From Candidatus Niyogibacteria bacterium CG10_big_fil_rev_8_21_14_0_10_46_36 (GTDB taxonomy: Bacteria > Patescibacteriota > Minisyncoccia > 1-14-0-10-42-19): a stretch of 64,000 nucleotides of DNA. A model generated the notes under the pieces. It saw only the letters and a list, made by a program, of their open reading frames with translations. It did not search any database and had not been told where the DNA came from. How positions within the stretch are numbered: position 1 is the stretch's first letter; the number at the start of each line of letters is the position of its first letter. This document shows, piece after piece, positions 19,079-31,208 of this stretch. The stretch is from positions 22,876 through 86,875 of the forward strand of contig PFCO01000009.1 in NCBI GenBank assembly GCA_002772995.1. The letters run 5' to 3'. The translations under genes and the position numbers were made by a program.

Positions 19079-19639
19079 CTAGAACTTGACTTTGGGAACC
19101 GATTTTTCCGCTTCGTTCTCCACTTCAAAGAATTTTTCGGAGACAAAATGGAACCACCCGGCAATCATATTCGTCGGGAATGTTTCTATCTTTGTGTTCA
19201 AGTCGCGCACGGTCGTGTTATAAAATCTCCGCGACGCCTGGATTTTGTTTTCGGTATCAGAAAGCTCGCGCTGTAACTCTAAGAAGTTCGCATTCGCTTT
19301 AAGGTCCGGATAATTTTCAGAAACCGCAAATAAGGTTTTCAAGGTATTTGAAAGCATGTTCTCTTGCCCTGCGCGCTCAATAGGATCACCTCCCGTGGAA
19401 GCCACTTTCGCGCGTGCCTCGGTTACATGCTCAAGAACTTCTCGCTCATGACCCATATAGCCCTTCACCGTCTCGATGAGGTTGGGAATAAGGTCAAACC
19501 GGCGCTTAAGCTGTACGTCAATATCAGATATCGCTTCGCGAGCGCGCATCCGGAGAGTAATCAGGCGGTTATAGGTATAAATGAGCCACAACACGGCAAG
19601 AAAAATAAGTCCGATAATAATGCCGATAAATATGTTCAT
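19079..19639 (-). CDS. lemA: LemA family protein
   Basis: YN.L...IDVQLKRRFDLIPNL, ENYPDLKAN.NF, RRFYN..V. Confidence 0.97.
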   Translation of the reverse strand: MNIFIGIIIGLIFLAVLWLIYTYNRLITLRMRAREAISDIDVQLKRRFDLIPNLIETVKGYMGHEREVLEHVTEARAKVASTGGDPIERAGQENMLSNTLKTLFAVSENYPDLKANANFLELQRELSDTENKIQASRRFYNTTVRDLNTKIETFPTNMIAGWFHFVSEKFFEVENEAEKSVPKVKF

Positions 19640-19700
19640 AATGCTTATATGGCTAAGAAATATACCCTTATTGTAACAACACGCTATCCCGTGTCAATAA

Positions 19701-19728
19701 AAAAGACAGGACACATATCCTGTCTTTT
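19701..19728 (-). terminator. Intrinsic terminator after the SPFH gene
   Basis: AAAAGACAGGA-cacata-TCCTGTCTTTT. Confidence 0.7.
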
Positions 19729-19769
19729 CAATTTTACATATTTTTGATTGTTTGTTTTTTTACAAAAGG

Positions 19770-21041
19770 CTAGTTACTCCTGGTGCGCCCCACGGGAACG
19801 GACATATCAAGTCCCAAGTCCTGTAAAACTTTTGCGGTAAAAAGATTTAAGAGATTTGCCGCTTCATTGCCCGGAGCTGACGTTCCATTGCCCGTGCTCA
19901 TCATAACTTCTGGGACCCATTTTTGTTTCCCAAACTCTTCGGCAAATTTTGCCATAACGAACTTGTACGCTTCAATCTTCTGCTGTAGTGCACCATCAGC
20001 TTCCATAGCAAGACGCTTACGCTCCGCTTCACCTTCACCAAGCAGTATTTGCTCTTGTTTGTATTCACCTGCAGCGAACTTTTTCTGTTCTGCCTCAAGC
20101 TTTTGCTGGGCGGCAACCTCAACCCGTTGCTTCGCTTCAATGATAGCAACCTCTTTCTTCTGCTGGGCCTCAACAATAGCTTTTTCTTTTTCTACCTCTT
20201 TAGCGTATTTCGCTGTCATGACATTTCGCTTACCTTCCTGCTCGGCAGTCATTGCTTCTTGCTGAGCGCGTTCGGCGTCAGCTTTTGCGGTGATAATCGC
20301 CATGGTCGCTTCTCTCTTTCGGGAAATCTGATCAAGGGTCTTTTGCTCAAACCCCCAGTCAGTAATCTGGAAGCCGCTCACCGGAATCCCATATTCCGTA
20401 AGGTCGCTCTTTTGCTGCATGGGAAGTCCGTTTTCTCCGTATTTGATTACAGGGATATTCTTCGTGACTCGTTTGCCGGTTCCTTCTTCCACATCAGTGA
20501 TGGTTTTTAATTCGGTCTGAAATTTACCACTGGATATCTGTTGCTGCGCCCACTGAGTAAAGATGCCTCGTTTTTCAGCGTACGCTTCTTCCGACGACAT
20601 AAGCCCCGCAGTTAAGTTCATCCCCTCTTCCGTAACGGGCTTGATGAGCTTTTCGGCAACGCCCTCGGGTGAACGAAATGCTTTGTGTAATTTTATCATG
20701 CTCATTTCGTCATTCGGTAAATTAAACCGGGCTTTCCCGTAAATTGAACCATTACCGCCATCCTGATAACGCACAGCAATTCCCTGCTGGTCGAGAGATG
20801 CGCTCTCTTCCGGTTTTGTCTTGTCAAAATCATAGGTCAGTACGTCATTATACGAAGTGGTACGTCCAAAAAACTTGAGATACCACCCGGGCGTGAACTT
20901 AACGAACAACGAACCATTGGGATACTGAACTACCGTGCGCTGGCCTGCGTCGTTAATGCCCACCGTGCAAGAAAAACAGATGATAACCGTCAAAATCAGA
21001 AAAGCAAAAAAACCAACCTTCAGCTTACTCAAACCAAACAT
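19770..21041 (-). CDS. SPFH/band-7 domain membrane protein with long Ala/Glu/Lys coiled coil
   Basis: N-terminal TM, beta-rich band-7-like core (VRYQDGG.G.I.G..RF.LP), flotillin-like EA repeats; AGGAGG SD. Confidence 0.8.
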   Translation of the reverse strand: MFGLSKLKVGFFAFLILTVIICFSCTVGINDAGQRTVVQYPNGSLFVKFTPGWYLKFFGRTTSYNDVLTYDFDKTKPEESASLDQQGIAVRYQDGGNGSIYGKARFNLPNDEMSMIKLHKAFRSPEGVAEKLIKPVTEEGMNLTAGLMSSEEAYAEKRGIFTQWAQQQISSGKFQTELKTITDVEEGTGKRVTKNIPVIKYGENGLPMQQKSDLTEYGIPVSGFQITDWGFEQKTLDQISRKREATMAIITAKADAERAQQEAMTAEQEGKRNVMTAKYAKEVEKEKAIVEAQQKKEVAIIEAKQRVEVAAQQKLEAEQKKFAAGEYKQEQILLGEGEAERKRLAMEADGALQQKIEAYKFVMAKFAEEFGKQKWVPEVMMSTGNGTSAPGNEAANLLNLFTAKVLQDLGLDMSVPVGRTRSN

Positions 21042-21100
21042 ATTACTACCTCCTATTATGGATTTTTGCAGCCAATGAAAAAAATATAAAACAGAACATC

Positions 21101-21310
21101 TTACTTTCTGCCCGTTTTGCCTCGCATCTTCCCAGCTTCCTTTTCTATAGAAGCCGCTTCTGCTTCTAGCGCCGCAACGCTTTTCTCAGATTTAGCGTCT
21201 TCCACGCGTTCCTCAGCCTTCATTTTTCTTCTGGCTCTTCGTATTTCTAGATAAAAATAAGCCAGAACAATGATAAGAATAATAGCAAAAACCACTCTCA
21301 CAGAAGACAT
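21101..21310 (-). CDS. Small single-TM coiled-coil protein
   Basis: AGGAGGTG SD; one TM followed by a charged helix; upstream of SPFH in the same orientation. Confidence 0.75.
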   Translation of the reverse strand: MSSVRVVFAIILIIVLAYFYLEIRRARRKMKAEERVEDAKSEKSVAALEAEAASIEKEAGKMRGKTGRK

Positions 21311-21469
21311 GTCTCACCTCCTTATAGGATTTTCAAAAAAACTGAATGAGATATATGTACCAAAAATTCTTATTTTTGTCAATCTTCTCCCGCAGAATAA
21401 ATAAAAAGCCCTAAAAAGGGCTTTATTTTTAAAAATGGCTTCCGCCTTCATCTTCCCAGCGGTGTATAT

Positions 21470-21721
21470 CTAAGGTATTTCCGTCTCCCGTGTCTTTTTT
21501 TTTAAGCGTTCTTCTGCGTTTTCTTTGTTTTGGGTGTCTAGCTTTTCCTGCTTCCGATACCGCAGAAAACATTCAAGGCTCGCATAAAGGCACACTACCC
21601 CAAGCACCCACCATATCCAATGAGAACGCCCTTCAAGCGTCATTGCCAGTGTCCCCAAAAGATCAACAATACCTACAACAAAAAATACCCTGCAAAGTAT
21701 CAGATTACTGTTAAAGTCCAT
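21470..21721 (-). CDS. Small two-TM hypothetical protein
   Basis: GAGGAGG SD before ATG 21721; two hydrophobic segments. Confidence 0.6.
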   Translation of the reverse strand: MDFNSNLILCRVFFVVGIVDLLGTLAMTLEGRSHWIWWVLGVVCLYASLECFLRYRKQEKLDTQNKENAEERLKKKTRETEIP

Positions 21722-21780
21722 TATCGGCGCTCCTCCTCTCAAAAAAACGTTTATCCAAACATACACGAATGCACAACAAA

Positions 21781-21810
21781 AAACAATCCCGCTTTCAGCG
21801 GGATTGTTTT
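21781..21810 (-). terminator. groESL terminator
   Basis: AAACAATCCCGC-tttca-GCGGGATTGTTT right after the groEL stop. Confidence 0.8.
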
Positions 21811-21817
21811 TCTGAGC

Positions 21818-23488
<1,671 letters not shown>

Positions 23489-23494
23489 TTAAGA

Positions 23495-23803
23495 TTATTC
23501 AATAATGCCGAGAATATCCTCCTCCTTTACAATAAGATATTCTTTGCCGGAAATTTTGATTTCCGTGGGGCCATACTTTGAGAACAACACCCGCTGACCT
23601 TTTTTAAGGGAAACAGGGATGCGCTTGCCGTCTTTTGTCATCCGGCCAGCTCCGACCGCGACAACTTTTCCTTGCTCCGGACGTTCTTTTTCAGCGGTAT
23701 CAGGAATAACGATGCCCGATGCGGTCTTGCCTTCTAATTCATCTTTTGAGAGCGGCTCCAAAAGGACGCGGTCTCCCAGGGGGGTGATAGTAGGTTTTGT
23801 CAT
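23495..23803 (-). CDS. groS: Co-chaperonin GroES
   Basis: PLGDRVL, SGIVIPDTAEKERP..G.VVAVG, SKYG.TEI. Confidence 0.99.
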   Translation of the reverse strand: MTKPTITPLGDRVLLEPLSKDELEGKTASGIVIPDTAEKERPEQGKVVAVGAGRMTKDGKRIPVSLKKGQRVLFSKYGPTEIKISGKEYLIVKEEDILGIIE

Positions 23804-23850
23804 ATTTATATGAAAACTACATGTTAAATAATAAAATCACTTTTTGTAAA

Positions 23851-23877
23851 TTAGCAATCTAATACATAGACTGCTAA
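23851..23877 (-). promoter_or_regulatory. CIRCE operator (HrcA binding site)
   Basis: Minus strand TTAGCAGTC-N9-GATTGCTAA versus consensus TTAGCACTC-N9-GAGTGCTAA, between the promoter and groES. Confidence 0.9.
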
Positions 23878-23880
23878 TCC

Positions 23881-23910
23881 AGTGTATAAGAAATAAAATA
23901 CAAATGTCAA
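23881..23910 (-). promoter_or_regulatory. groESL promoter
   Basis: TTGACA-N18-TACACT immediately upstream of CIRCE. Confidence 0.65.
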
Positions 23911-23948
23911 GAGAATATAAAAAGCCCCGACATCGCCGAGGCTTTAGT

Positions 23949-25028
23949 TTATTCGAATATTAGCTCATTAATACGCTCGCTTACGAGCTTTTCTGCGTGC
24001 TCCCGTACTCCCTCGCTCCACCAAATACCGAAGTCAATATTGATAGTGACTCCCCCTTCGCTGGTAAGTGAAGGAGTAAGCTTTGCGCCACCCGAACTGA
24101 ACTTTTTCCGCAATTCATCTCCGAGCAGCGTCCCTAAATCGCTGCTTCGCGCACTAATCCGCACCTTCTGCCCAATCATACCCCACACTACCGCAAGATC
24201 TACCCCCTTCTGACGAAGCATAAGATCGGCAATAACAGACAGGTCATCTCCGGAATCCTCTTTCAGCTGTCCGGCATTCATTACGATGCGTCCGCCTTTC
24301 TGCTTGCGGTGGTTTAACGCATACTGCAAGCTGTCAAAATAATTTTCGGAAAGCGGAAAATTGATAAGCATCTGTAATTCTTGCTGGTTTGCTTTCTCGG
24401 TTAAGCGTCCGTAGCTTTCGCGGTCGCGACGCGAGGAACTCGCGAGCTGTTTCGTGTCATTATAAATACCAAACGCTAAGAAGAGCGGGCGGTATTCGGT
24501 AAGTTCCGTGTCCGTAGCAACCGCAAGTTCTTCTATAAGCGTACTTGCCGAACCCACCTCATTATCAATGCAGAAAAACTGGTCTTCGCCTTCTTCTTGC
24601 GACGCAACATCGCCATCATGGTGATCAAACACCATTACGGGCCGCAACGGACGGAGGCTTTCCGGAATACGCGAATCATTTGTCGCTGAAGAGTCAATGA
24701 GAATAAGAATATCATTCTTACCCACCGACATTTTATCTACCATATTAAAATGCTGAGACAAACTGCCCAGGTTCACAATAGCCCGGTTCTGTGCCATGCC
24801 TGGCTGTCCGCACCAATACAACTTTATACGCGAATCAGACGCTTTCAAATTGCTCAGTACCGCCTGAAACGCATACGCAGCCCCCAATGCATCCGGATCA
24901 ATCTGGGTGATAAGAATAAGAAAATTTCCTTTTACGCTTTTTACGATAGATTTGAATTTCTCTACGCGGTCCGCGCTTAGCCCAAGATTATTTAATGCCC
25001 TTCCCTCTTCTGCTGATTTGTCAATCAT
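23949..25028 (-). CDS. DHH family phosphoesterase (divergent)
   Basis: DPDALG, LIDSS, FDHH, VGSASTL, GIYNDT, RISARS; GAGGTG SD before ATG 25028. Confidence 0.88.
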   Translation of the reverse strand: MIDKSAEEGRALNNLGLSADRVEKFKSIVKSVKGNFLILITQIDPDALGAAYAFQAVLSNLKASDSRIKLYWCGQPGMAQNRAIVNLGSLSQHFNMVDKMSVGKNDILILIDSSATNDSRIPESLRPLRPVMVFDHHDGDVASQEEGEDQFFCIDNEVGSASTLIEELAVATDTELTEYRPLFLAFGIYNDTKQLASSSRRDRESYGRLTEKANQQELQMLINFPLSENYFDSLQYALNHRKQKGGRIVMNAGQLKEDSGDDLSVIADLMLRQKGVDLAVVWGMIGQKVRISARSSDLGTLLGDELRKKFSSGGAKLTPSLTSEGGVTINIDFGIWWSEGVREHAEKLVSERINELIFE

Positions 25029-25095
25029 TTCTGCCACCTCTTTGTATAGGTACAACTTACCCCCACTATGCATGACATCGCCGTTTTGTCAATCT

Positions 25096-25170
25096 AATAA
25101 ACGGCTCACACGCTGTGTGAGCCGTTTATTTTGGCTTATAAAAACAAAAAAACCGCGCACGCGGTTTTTT
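25096..25170. terminator. Two tandem terminator-like hairpins after uvrA
   Basis: AATAAACGGCTCACAC-gct-GTGTGAGCCGTTTATT (25096-25130) and AAAAAACCGC-gcac-GCGGTTTTTT (about 25147-25170). Confidence 0.7.
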
Positions 25171-25174
25171 TGTT

Positions 25175-28021
25175 TTAAAGCCACTTCCCGGTATATGATG
25201 TTTTATTTTTCTTCACATCAGCGGGCGTACCCATAACGACTATTTCTCCTCCGCCGTCTCCGCCTTCCGGGCCAAGGTCAATAAGCCAATCGGCATTCCG
25301 CAAGATATCAATACTGTGTTCGGTGACAATGACCGTGTTCCCCTTGTCTACAAGCGCGCGGAGAACAGTTAAAAGTTTTTGGACATCTTCTGCGTGCAGA
25401 CCGGTTGTTGGTTCATCTAATATATAGACTGTCCTCCCTGTCGCTTTCTTTGCCAGCTCAGTCGCAAGCTTTACTCGCTGCGCTTCTCCTCCGGAGAGTG
25501 TTGTTGCTGGCTGCCCGAGCTTAATGTAGCTCAATCCCACCTGGTTGAGCGTTTCTATTTTTGATTGTATAGCAGGAACATTCTTAAAAAATATGAGCGC
25601 TTCTTCAACTGACATATCAAGCACTTCTGCTATGTTTTTATCATTATAGTGGATCCCGAGCGCCTCACGATTGTATCGCGCGCCGTCGCATTCTTCGCAC
25701 GGCACATAGATATCAGGAAGGAAGTGCATTTCTATTTTTTTGACGCCCTGCCCCTCGCACTCTTCACACCTCCCGCCTTTCACATTAAAACTAAACCGCC
25801 CCGCTTTGTACCCTCGTGCACGGGCATCGCGTGTTTTCGAAAAGAGATCGCGGATCCCCGCAAATGCCCCGGTGTATGTCGCAGGGTTGCTTCTCGGCGT
25901 GCGGCCGATTGGCGACTGATCCACTACAACTACTTTATCAATGCTCTTTAACCCCTCTATTGATGTATGCCCGCCGGGGACGGCGCGCGAGCCGTAAAAA
26001 TGCTGCATGAGCGAGCGCGATAATATATCGTTGATAAGCGTTGATTTTCCAGAGCCGGATACGCCCGAAACACCGACTAATTTTCCAAGGGGGATTTTTA
26101 CCGTAATATTTTTCAAGTTATGTTCGCGGGCTCCTTTGATAGTTATAAAGCCAGCGGCTTTGTTCTCTTTGGACGCAAGCACAGATACTTTTTTACGTCC
26201 GGAAATATAATCGCCGGTAAGCGTCTTTGCCTTTTTGATATCACTATATGTGCCTTCAAAGATTATTTTGCCTCCATGTATTCCTGCGCCCTCACCGAGA
26301 TCAATAATCCAATCAGCCTCCTCCATCGTCTTCTGATCATGCTCTACCACTAAAACGGTATTTCCAAGCGCTTTCAGTTCTTTAAGTGTTTGGATAAGAC
26401 GATAGTGGTCACGCGCGTGAAGCCCAATGGACGGCTCATCAAGCACATAAATAACCCCCGAAAGACCGGAACCAATCTGTGTCGCAAGGCGCACGCGCTG
26501 CGCCTCTCCCCCGGAGAGCGTGGTGGACTGGCGGTCAAGCGACACATATCCGAGCCCGACATTCACTAAAAATTCGAGCCGCCGTTCTATTTCTTTTACG
26601 AGCGGGCGCGCAATTGCGTCTTCCTGTTTTTTCTTTTTTACTTCCTGCAGCACTTTTTGCATAAACGCGATTGCATCCTCTGCGGCATACGCGGAGACTT
26701 CCGCAATAGATGTCTGGATAATTTTAACACCCAGCGATTCCGGACGCAGCCGTTTACCTCCGCACGCAGGGCAGCTGTTCATAAACATGTATTTTTCTAT
26801 CTCTGCCCGGGTCCATTCGGAGTCCGTTTCGCGCCACCTCCGCTCAAGGTTTGGGATGACGCCCTCAAATGCCTCGCCCGGTTTTTTATCTTCAGTGTCT
26901 TTTTCTCCATACAAAATAAGGTCAGTTACTTTCTTCGGGAGCGCGCCCACAGGCGTATCAAGCGAAAAGCTATACCGCTCGGAAAGATCCTCAATCATCC
27001 ACCAGTACCAGGACTGCCGTCCCACCCGATGCGATGCACGCGCCCACGGCTGGATTGCACCTTCGGCAAGTGTTAACTTTTTATTCGGCATCACCAAGTC
27101 CGGATCAACCTCCAATTGATGGCCGAGGCCCGTACAGCGTTCGCACGCACCATAGGGACTATTAAAGCTGAACAACCGTGGCTCTATCGGCGGAAGTGAA
27201 ATATGACAGACCGGACAAGAAAAATTTTCCGAAAAAAGCACCTCTCTTCCTTTTGTTCCGTTTGCGTCTTCTTTATACTCAACCACAAGCGCAATACCTT
27301 TTGTAAGCGCAAGCGTGGTCTCCAGCGAATCATGTATGCGTCCGCGTTCCGTGTCCTTATCTATAGAAAGCCGATCTACAACAACCTCAATGGAGTGCTT
27401 CTTTTTTGGATCAAGCGGAAGATCAAGCGCCTCTTCTATCCGCATAACGCCTCCGTCGAGACGCACGCGCAAGAACCCTTGCTTTTGTATTTCGGCAAGT
27501 ATCTTTTTATGTTCTCCTTTTTTTGAACGGATGACGGGAGCGGCAATCATCACAAATGTGTCCTTGAATTCGCGGCTTACCGTTTTTATCATTTCATCTA
27601 TCGTCTGTTTTTTTACGAGCCGCCCGCATGCCGGACAATGCGGCTTGCCGATGCGTGCGAACAAGATGCGGAGATAATCATATATTTCGGTTATGGTTCC
27701 AACGGTCGAGCGAGGATTTTTCGAGACCGACCGCTGGTCAATAGCGATTGCGGGCGATAAGCCTTCTATTTTTTCAACATCGGGCTTTTCGCGCACGCCT
27801 AAGAATTGCCGCGCATAACTTGAAAGCGACTCCACAAAGCGCCGTTCGGCTTCGGCATAAATGGTGTCAAAAGCAAGCGAGGACTTTCCTGAACCGGAAA
27901 GCCCCGTAATAACTACAAGTTTGTTTTTTGGTATCTCAAGCGAGATATTCTTGAGATTGTGAGTACGCGCACCTTTTATGCGTATAACATCTGTTTCGTG
28001 TGTTGGTTGTTTTCTTGCCAT
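25175..28021 (-). CDS. uvrA: Excinuclease ABC subunit A
   Basis: [22 protein letters not shown] (twice), zinc fingers, [19 protein letters not shown]. Confidence 0.99.
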   Translation of the reverse strand: MARKQPTHETDVIRIKGARTHNLKNISLEIPKNKLVVITGLSGSGKSSLAFDTIYAEAERRFVESLSSYARQFLGVREKPDVEKIEGLSPAIAIDQRSVSKNPRSTVGTITEIYDYLRILFARIGKPHCPACGRLVKKQTIDEMIKTVSREFKDTFVMIAAPVIRSKKGEHKKILAEIQKQGFLRVRLDGGVMRIEEALDLPLDPKKKHSIEVVVDRLSIDKDTERGRIHDSLETTLALTKGIALVVEYKEDANGTKGREVLFSENFSCPVCHISLPPIEPRLFSFNSPYGACERCTGLGHQLEVDPDLVMPNKKLTLAEGAIQPWARASHRVGRQSWYWWMIEDLSERYSFSLDTPVGALPKKVTDLILYGEKDTEDKKPGEAFEGVIPNLERRWRETDSEWTRAEIEKYMFMNSCPACGGKRLRPESLGVKIIQTSIAEVSAYAAEDAIAFMQKVLQEVKKKKQEDAIARPLVKEIERRLEFLVNVGLGYVSLDRQSTTLSGGEAQRVRLATQIGSGLSGVIYVLDEPSIGLHARDHYRLIQTLKELKALGNTVLVVEHDQKTMEEADWIIDLGEGAGIHGGKIIFEGTYSDIKKAKTLTGDYISGRKKVSVLASKENKAAGFITIKGAREHNLKNITVKIPLGKLVGVSGVSGSGKSTLINDILSRSLMQHFYGSRAVPGGHTSIEGLKSIDKVVVVDQSPIGRTPRSNPATYTGAFAGIRDLFSKTRDARARGYKAGRFSFNVKGGRCEECEGQGVKKIEMHFLPDIYVPCEECDGARYNREALGIHYNDKNIAEVLDMSVEEALIFFKNVPAIQSKIETLNQVGLSYIKLGQPATTLSGGEAQRVKLATELAKKATGRTVYILDEPTTGLHAEDVQKLLTVLRALVDKGNTVIVTEHSIDILRNADWLIDLGPEGGDGGGEIVVMGTPADVKKNKTSYTGKWL

Positions 28022-28062
28022 ACAGAGTACAAATAGAGGTGCGCAAAATTTTGCAATTATTC

Positions 28063-28150
28063 AGTATAGATATTTTTAGCGCCCGGGTCAAGATATGAAT
28101 GTGAATTGAGAATATCTTTTTTTGACTTAGCATCTGATGATTCTTATAAT
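28063..28150. promoter_or_regulatory. Back-to-back sigma70 promoters for uvrA (-) and uvrC (+)
   Basis: Minus TTGACC-N17-TATACT (28091-28063); plus TTGACT-N17-TATAAT (28122-28150). Confidence 0.7.
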
Positions 28151-28159
28151 CAACCCATT

Positions 28160-29422
28160 ATGAACAAAAAGCCGGATACCATTCCCCAAGCGCCAGGCGT
28201 ATACTTTTTCAAAAAAGGAAGGACTCTCTTATATGTCGGAAAGGCAAAAAATCTCAAAGAGCGCATCGCATCTTACTTTTCGTCACAAAACACAGACGCG
28301 CGGAAAATAAGCATGGTGCGTCAAGCAACGTCAATTACCTGGAAAGAGATGCTCTCCGACACAGAGGCGCTCATACGCGAAGCGGAATACATCAAAGCAC
28401 ATAAGCCCCGCTATAACATTGTTATGCGGGACGACAAGCAATATTTTTTCGTCCGATTTTCTGATGGCGCATTTCCTCGGATCACACTGACTCACCAACC
28501 TAACAGCTCAAAGGATTATTTTTTAGGACCATTTACGGACGGCTCCTCGCTCAAGCAAACATTAAAAATGCTCCGACACGCATTTCCGTATTGCACATGC
28601 AAGGGCGCGCACAAACGCAGATGCCAACACGCGTCCATCGGGAATTGTCTTGGCATATGCTGCACCGAGAGCGCGTACATGAAAGCACTTTTTCCTGACT
28701 ACCAAAAAAGGAGTTCTCAATATAAAAAGAATATCCGCACGATAAAACAGGTGCTTTCCGGAAAAGGAAATGCGCTCATGCATACTATGCAAAAGCGCAT
28801 GAAGAAACTTTCCGAGCATAAGCACTATGAACAAGCAGCACTCATCCGCGACCAACTCTATGCGCTCGAAAACATATTCTCACACCGGCACACCCTGAGG
28901 CGCGAAGAGCATATCTATGCAGAAAAAGGCGTTACCTATCTCAAGCATGTTATTGGTATGAAAAAAACACCCAAGCGCATAGAAGCATACGACATCTCAA
29001 ATATTCAGGGGAAGCACGCGGTAGGTTCTATGGTGGTGTTTACGAACGGCGCACCCGATAAAAATGAGTATCGGAAATTTGCGATACATCTCCCCCCTAA
29101 ACCAAATGACACTGCGATGATGCAGGAGATTATTACGAGACGATTCTATAACGCATGGACACATCCTGATCTCATCATCATTGATGGGGGCACACCACAA
29201 CTTCATGCTGCCCAAAAAGCCCTGGCGCACCACACTCTACGAATGCCCGTTGCCGCACTTGCGAAGCGAGAAGAAGAACTGCACCTCCAAAACGGAACCG
29301 TTATCAAATTAAAAGAGCGGCCTCAGCCACTCCTTCATCTTTTACAATATATTCGTAACGAAGCACATCGGTTCGCAATTAGCTTTCACCGAAAAAAACG
29401 GGGTGATCAGATTGGATCATAG
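28160..29422 (+). CDS. uvrC: Excinuclease ABC subunit C (compact, no C-terminal HhH)
   Basis: GIY-YIG PGVY..LYVGKAKNL..R..SYF, UVR domain (YEQAALIRD), IEAYDISN, DLIIIDGG, RNEAHRFA. Confidence 0.95.
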   Translation: MNKKPDTIPQAPGVYFFKKGRTLLYVGKAKNLKERIASYFSSQNTDARKISMVRQATSITWKEMLSDTEALIREAEYIKAHKPRYNIVMRDDKQYFFVRFSDGAFPRITLTHQPNSSKDYFLGPFTDGSSLKQTLKMLRHAFPYCTCKGAHKRRCQHASIGNCLGICCTESAYMKALFPDYQKRSSQYKKNIRTIKQVLSGKGNALMHTMQKRMKKLSEHKHYEQAALIRDQLYALENIFSHRHTLRREEHIYAEKGVTYLKHVIGMKKTPKRIEAYDISNIQGKHAVGSMVVFTNGAPDKNEYRKFAIHLPPKPNDTAMMQEIITRRFYNAWTHPDLIIIDGGTPQLHAAQKALAHHTLRMPVAALAKREEELHLQNGTVIKLKERPQPLLHLLQYIRNEAHRFAISFHRKKRGDQIGS

Positions 29423-29862
29423 TCGTCGTCGTGTTTTCTTATTTTTCCTTCAACTTTTCGGAGCGCCCACAATACTAACAGTACGAGCACAGCGCTAAAT
29501 ATCGCAAGACTATACATCTGTACGCCTACAGTCATGCCAACTGCCGCAACCGCCCACAAACCCGCTGCAGTTGTGAGACCGTGAACGCTGCCACGCTGCA
29601 CAAAAATAAGACCCGCACCGATGAAACCGATGCCAACAACTACCTGTGCGGCAACCCGCGCCGGATCTTGAATGCCAGTTCCAAATTGCTGAAACGCCTC
29701 AACTGAAAGAATAGTGAAAAGTGCCGCACCCATGCATACAAGCGCATATGTCCGCATACCTGCGGCCTTTCCCTTATATTCCCGCTCAAAACCGATAAAC
29801 AATCCGAGCCCTGCAGCGAGCGCCATCTGAAAAAACATTCGCAATATTTCAGGATCAAACAT
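29407..29862 (-). CDS. MgtC/SapB family membrane protein
   Basis: IGFERE..K.AGMRT..LV, DPARVAAQVVVGIGFIGAG, GLTTAAGLW. Confidence 0.95.
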   Translation of the reverse strand: MFDPEILRMFFQMALAAGLGLFIGFEREYKGKAAGMRTYALVCMGAALFTILSVEAFQQFGTGIQDPARVAAQVVVGIGFIGAGLIFVQRGSVHGLTTAAGLWAVAAVGMTVGVQMYSLAIFSAVLVLLVLWALRKVEGKIRKHDDDYDPI

Positions 29863-29864
29863 AA

Positions 29865-30440
29865 TTAAATTTCGATTATTTTTTCTTTCCGGATAAGTTC
29901 TATCACTTTTTCCACAAGCGCTTTCGGATCAGTGTCATACACCACCTTTCCGTTTTCCCGATGAGAGAGATCGATAATCTGCCTAATCAGATTGGTTGAA
30001 CCCCCTGATTCCTCAAGAATGCCGATAGGCTTGTTATCTTCAAACGCGATAGTAAATTCGTTAAGCGTCCCCATGCGCCCGCAACCGACAATAACACCGT
30101 CTGACGCGCGTGTTAGCAAAAGATTCCGCCCGGAATAATCAAAGCCGGTATATACGATCATATCCATGTAATCCACGGGGAGCTTATATTTTTCAATATG
30201 CTCCTTTTCGCTTGATGCCGGAGAGAGCCCGATTGATATCCCGCCCGCTTCTTTCGCGCCAATCGCTGACCAATATGGAAATCCGGTAGTCGCGCCCGTA
30301 ACTAAAATAGCATTATGACGGACGATCTCTTTTCCTATTTCCTTTGCTTGTTCAAGTGCATTTTTCGAGCAATGACCTGTTTCGGCGGCACCTGAAACGC
30401 AAATCTTGAATTTGAGATGGGAATGCGGTGATGGTTTCAT
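29865..30440 (-). CDS. LOG/SLOG family nucleotide-binding protein
   Basis: VTGATTG, GAKEAGG..IG.SP, GRN..L...SD, GTLNEF. Confidence 0.88.
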   Translation of the reverse strand: MKPSPHSHLKFKICVSGAAETGHCSKNALEQAKEIGKEIVRHNAILVTGATTGFPYWSAIGAKEAGGISIGLSPASSEKEHIEKYKLPVDYMDMIVYTGFDYSGRNLLLTRASDGVIVGCGRMGTLNEFTIAFEDNKPIGILEESGGSTNLIRQIIDLSHRENGKVVYDTDPKALVEKVIELIRKEKIIEI

Positions 30441-30470
30441 ATTAGTAGTATACTCAAAAGCAAAAAAATA

Positions 30471-30496
30471 AAAAAGCTCTGCTATGCAGAGCTTTT
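30471..30496 (-). terminator. Intrinsic terminator after the HAD gene
   Basis: AAAAGCTCTGC-tat-GCAGAGCTTTT. Confidence 0.75.
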
Positions 30497-30501
30497 GATG
30501 G

Positions 30502-31176
30502 CTAAAGAGAAAACCCCAAACGAGCCAGTTTTTCTTCTAAGCGATATAGTCCGTCACCGATATTAAACTCAATAGCATGCGCGCCTGCCGCCTTGCATCC
30601 CTCAATATTTTCAGGACGATCGTCTATAAACACCATATCGGCCCGCTTTATCTCAAGCTTTGATTCTATCTCGCCAAAAACTTTATTAAATAATACGGGA
30701 CTCTCACTCTTGCGGAGACACATGCTCCATGAATAATACCGGAACTCTTTCGATATGTAAGCAAGCAAATGCCCGAGCTCATACTCCATTTTTTTTGCAT
30801 GAATTGCATTTGCGTTAGAAATAAGCCCTTGATAATATCCGGCACCATGAATTCTTCGGGAGAATTTCAAAAAACGCCCGCTATGCTCATAGTCTTCCCG
30901 CAACGCATTGCTGAATATTTTTTCGAACATTTCATATTCGCACTTTTTCCCGAACCGGGAGCAAAATGCCAGAAATATCCTGTGCGTATTCCAATGCGAA
31001 TCCCCTTCAATGACATGAATAAATTGCTTAGTGCTATCCGGCATAGGGCCTTCCATAAAAGCAATTACTTCAAACGGGGTCACAGAAAAGAGAGATGCCA
31101 CATCCTCCAAAAACCGATCCACGGAGAATGCCGCTATCACATTCCCAAAATCCCACAATATCATCTTATTGCCCAC
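30502..31176 (-). CDS. HAD-superfamily phosphatase (YihX-like)
   Basis: WDFGNVI, LISN, RK, FIDDRPENIEG; AAGGAGG SD before GTG. Confidence 0.88.
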   Translation of the reverse strand: MGNKMILWDFGNVIAAFSVDRFLEDVASLFSVTPFEVIAFMEGPMPDSTKQFIHVIEGDSHWNTHRIFLAFCSRFGKKCEYEMFEKIFSNALREDYEHSGRFLKFSRRIHGAGYYQGLISNANAIHAKKMEYELGHLLAYISKEFRYYSWSMCLRKSESPVLFNKVFGEIESKLEIKRADMVFIDDRPENIEGCKAAGAHAIEFNIGDGLYRLEEKLARLGFSL

Positions 31177-31208
31177 TAAATACCTCCTTTTTTTCTTTTT
31201 TTAAAGAA

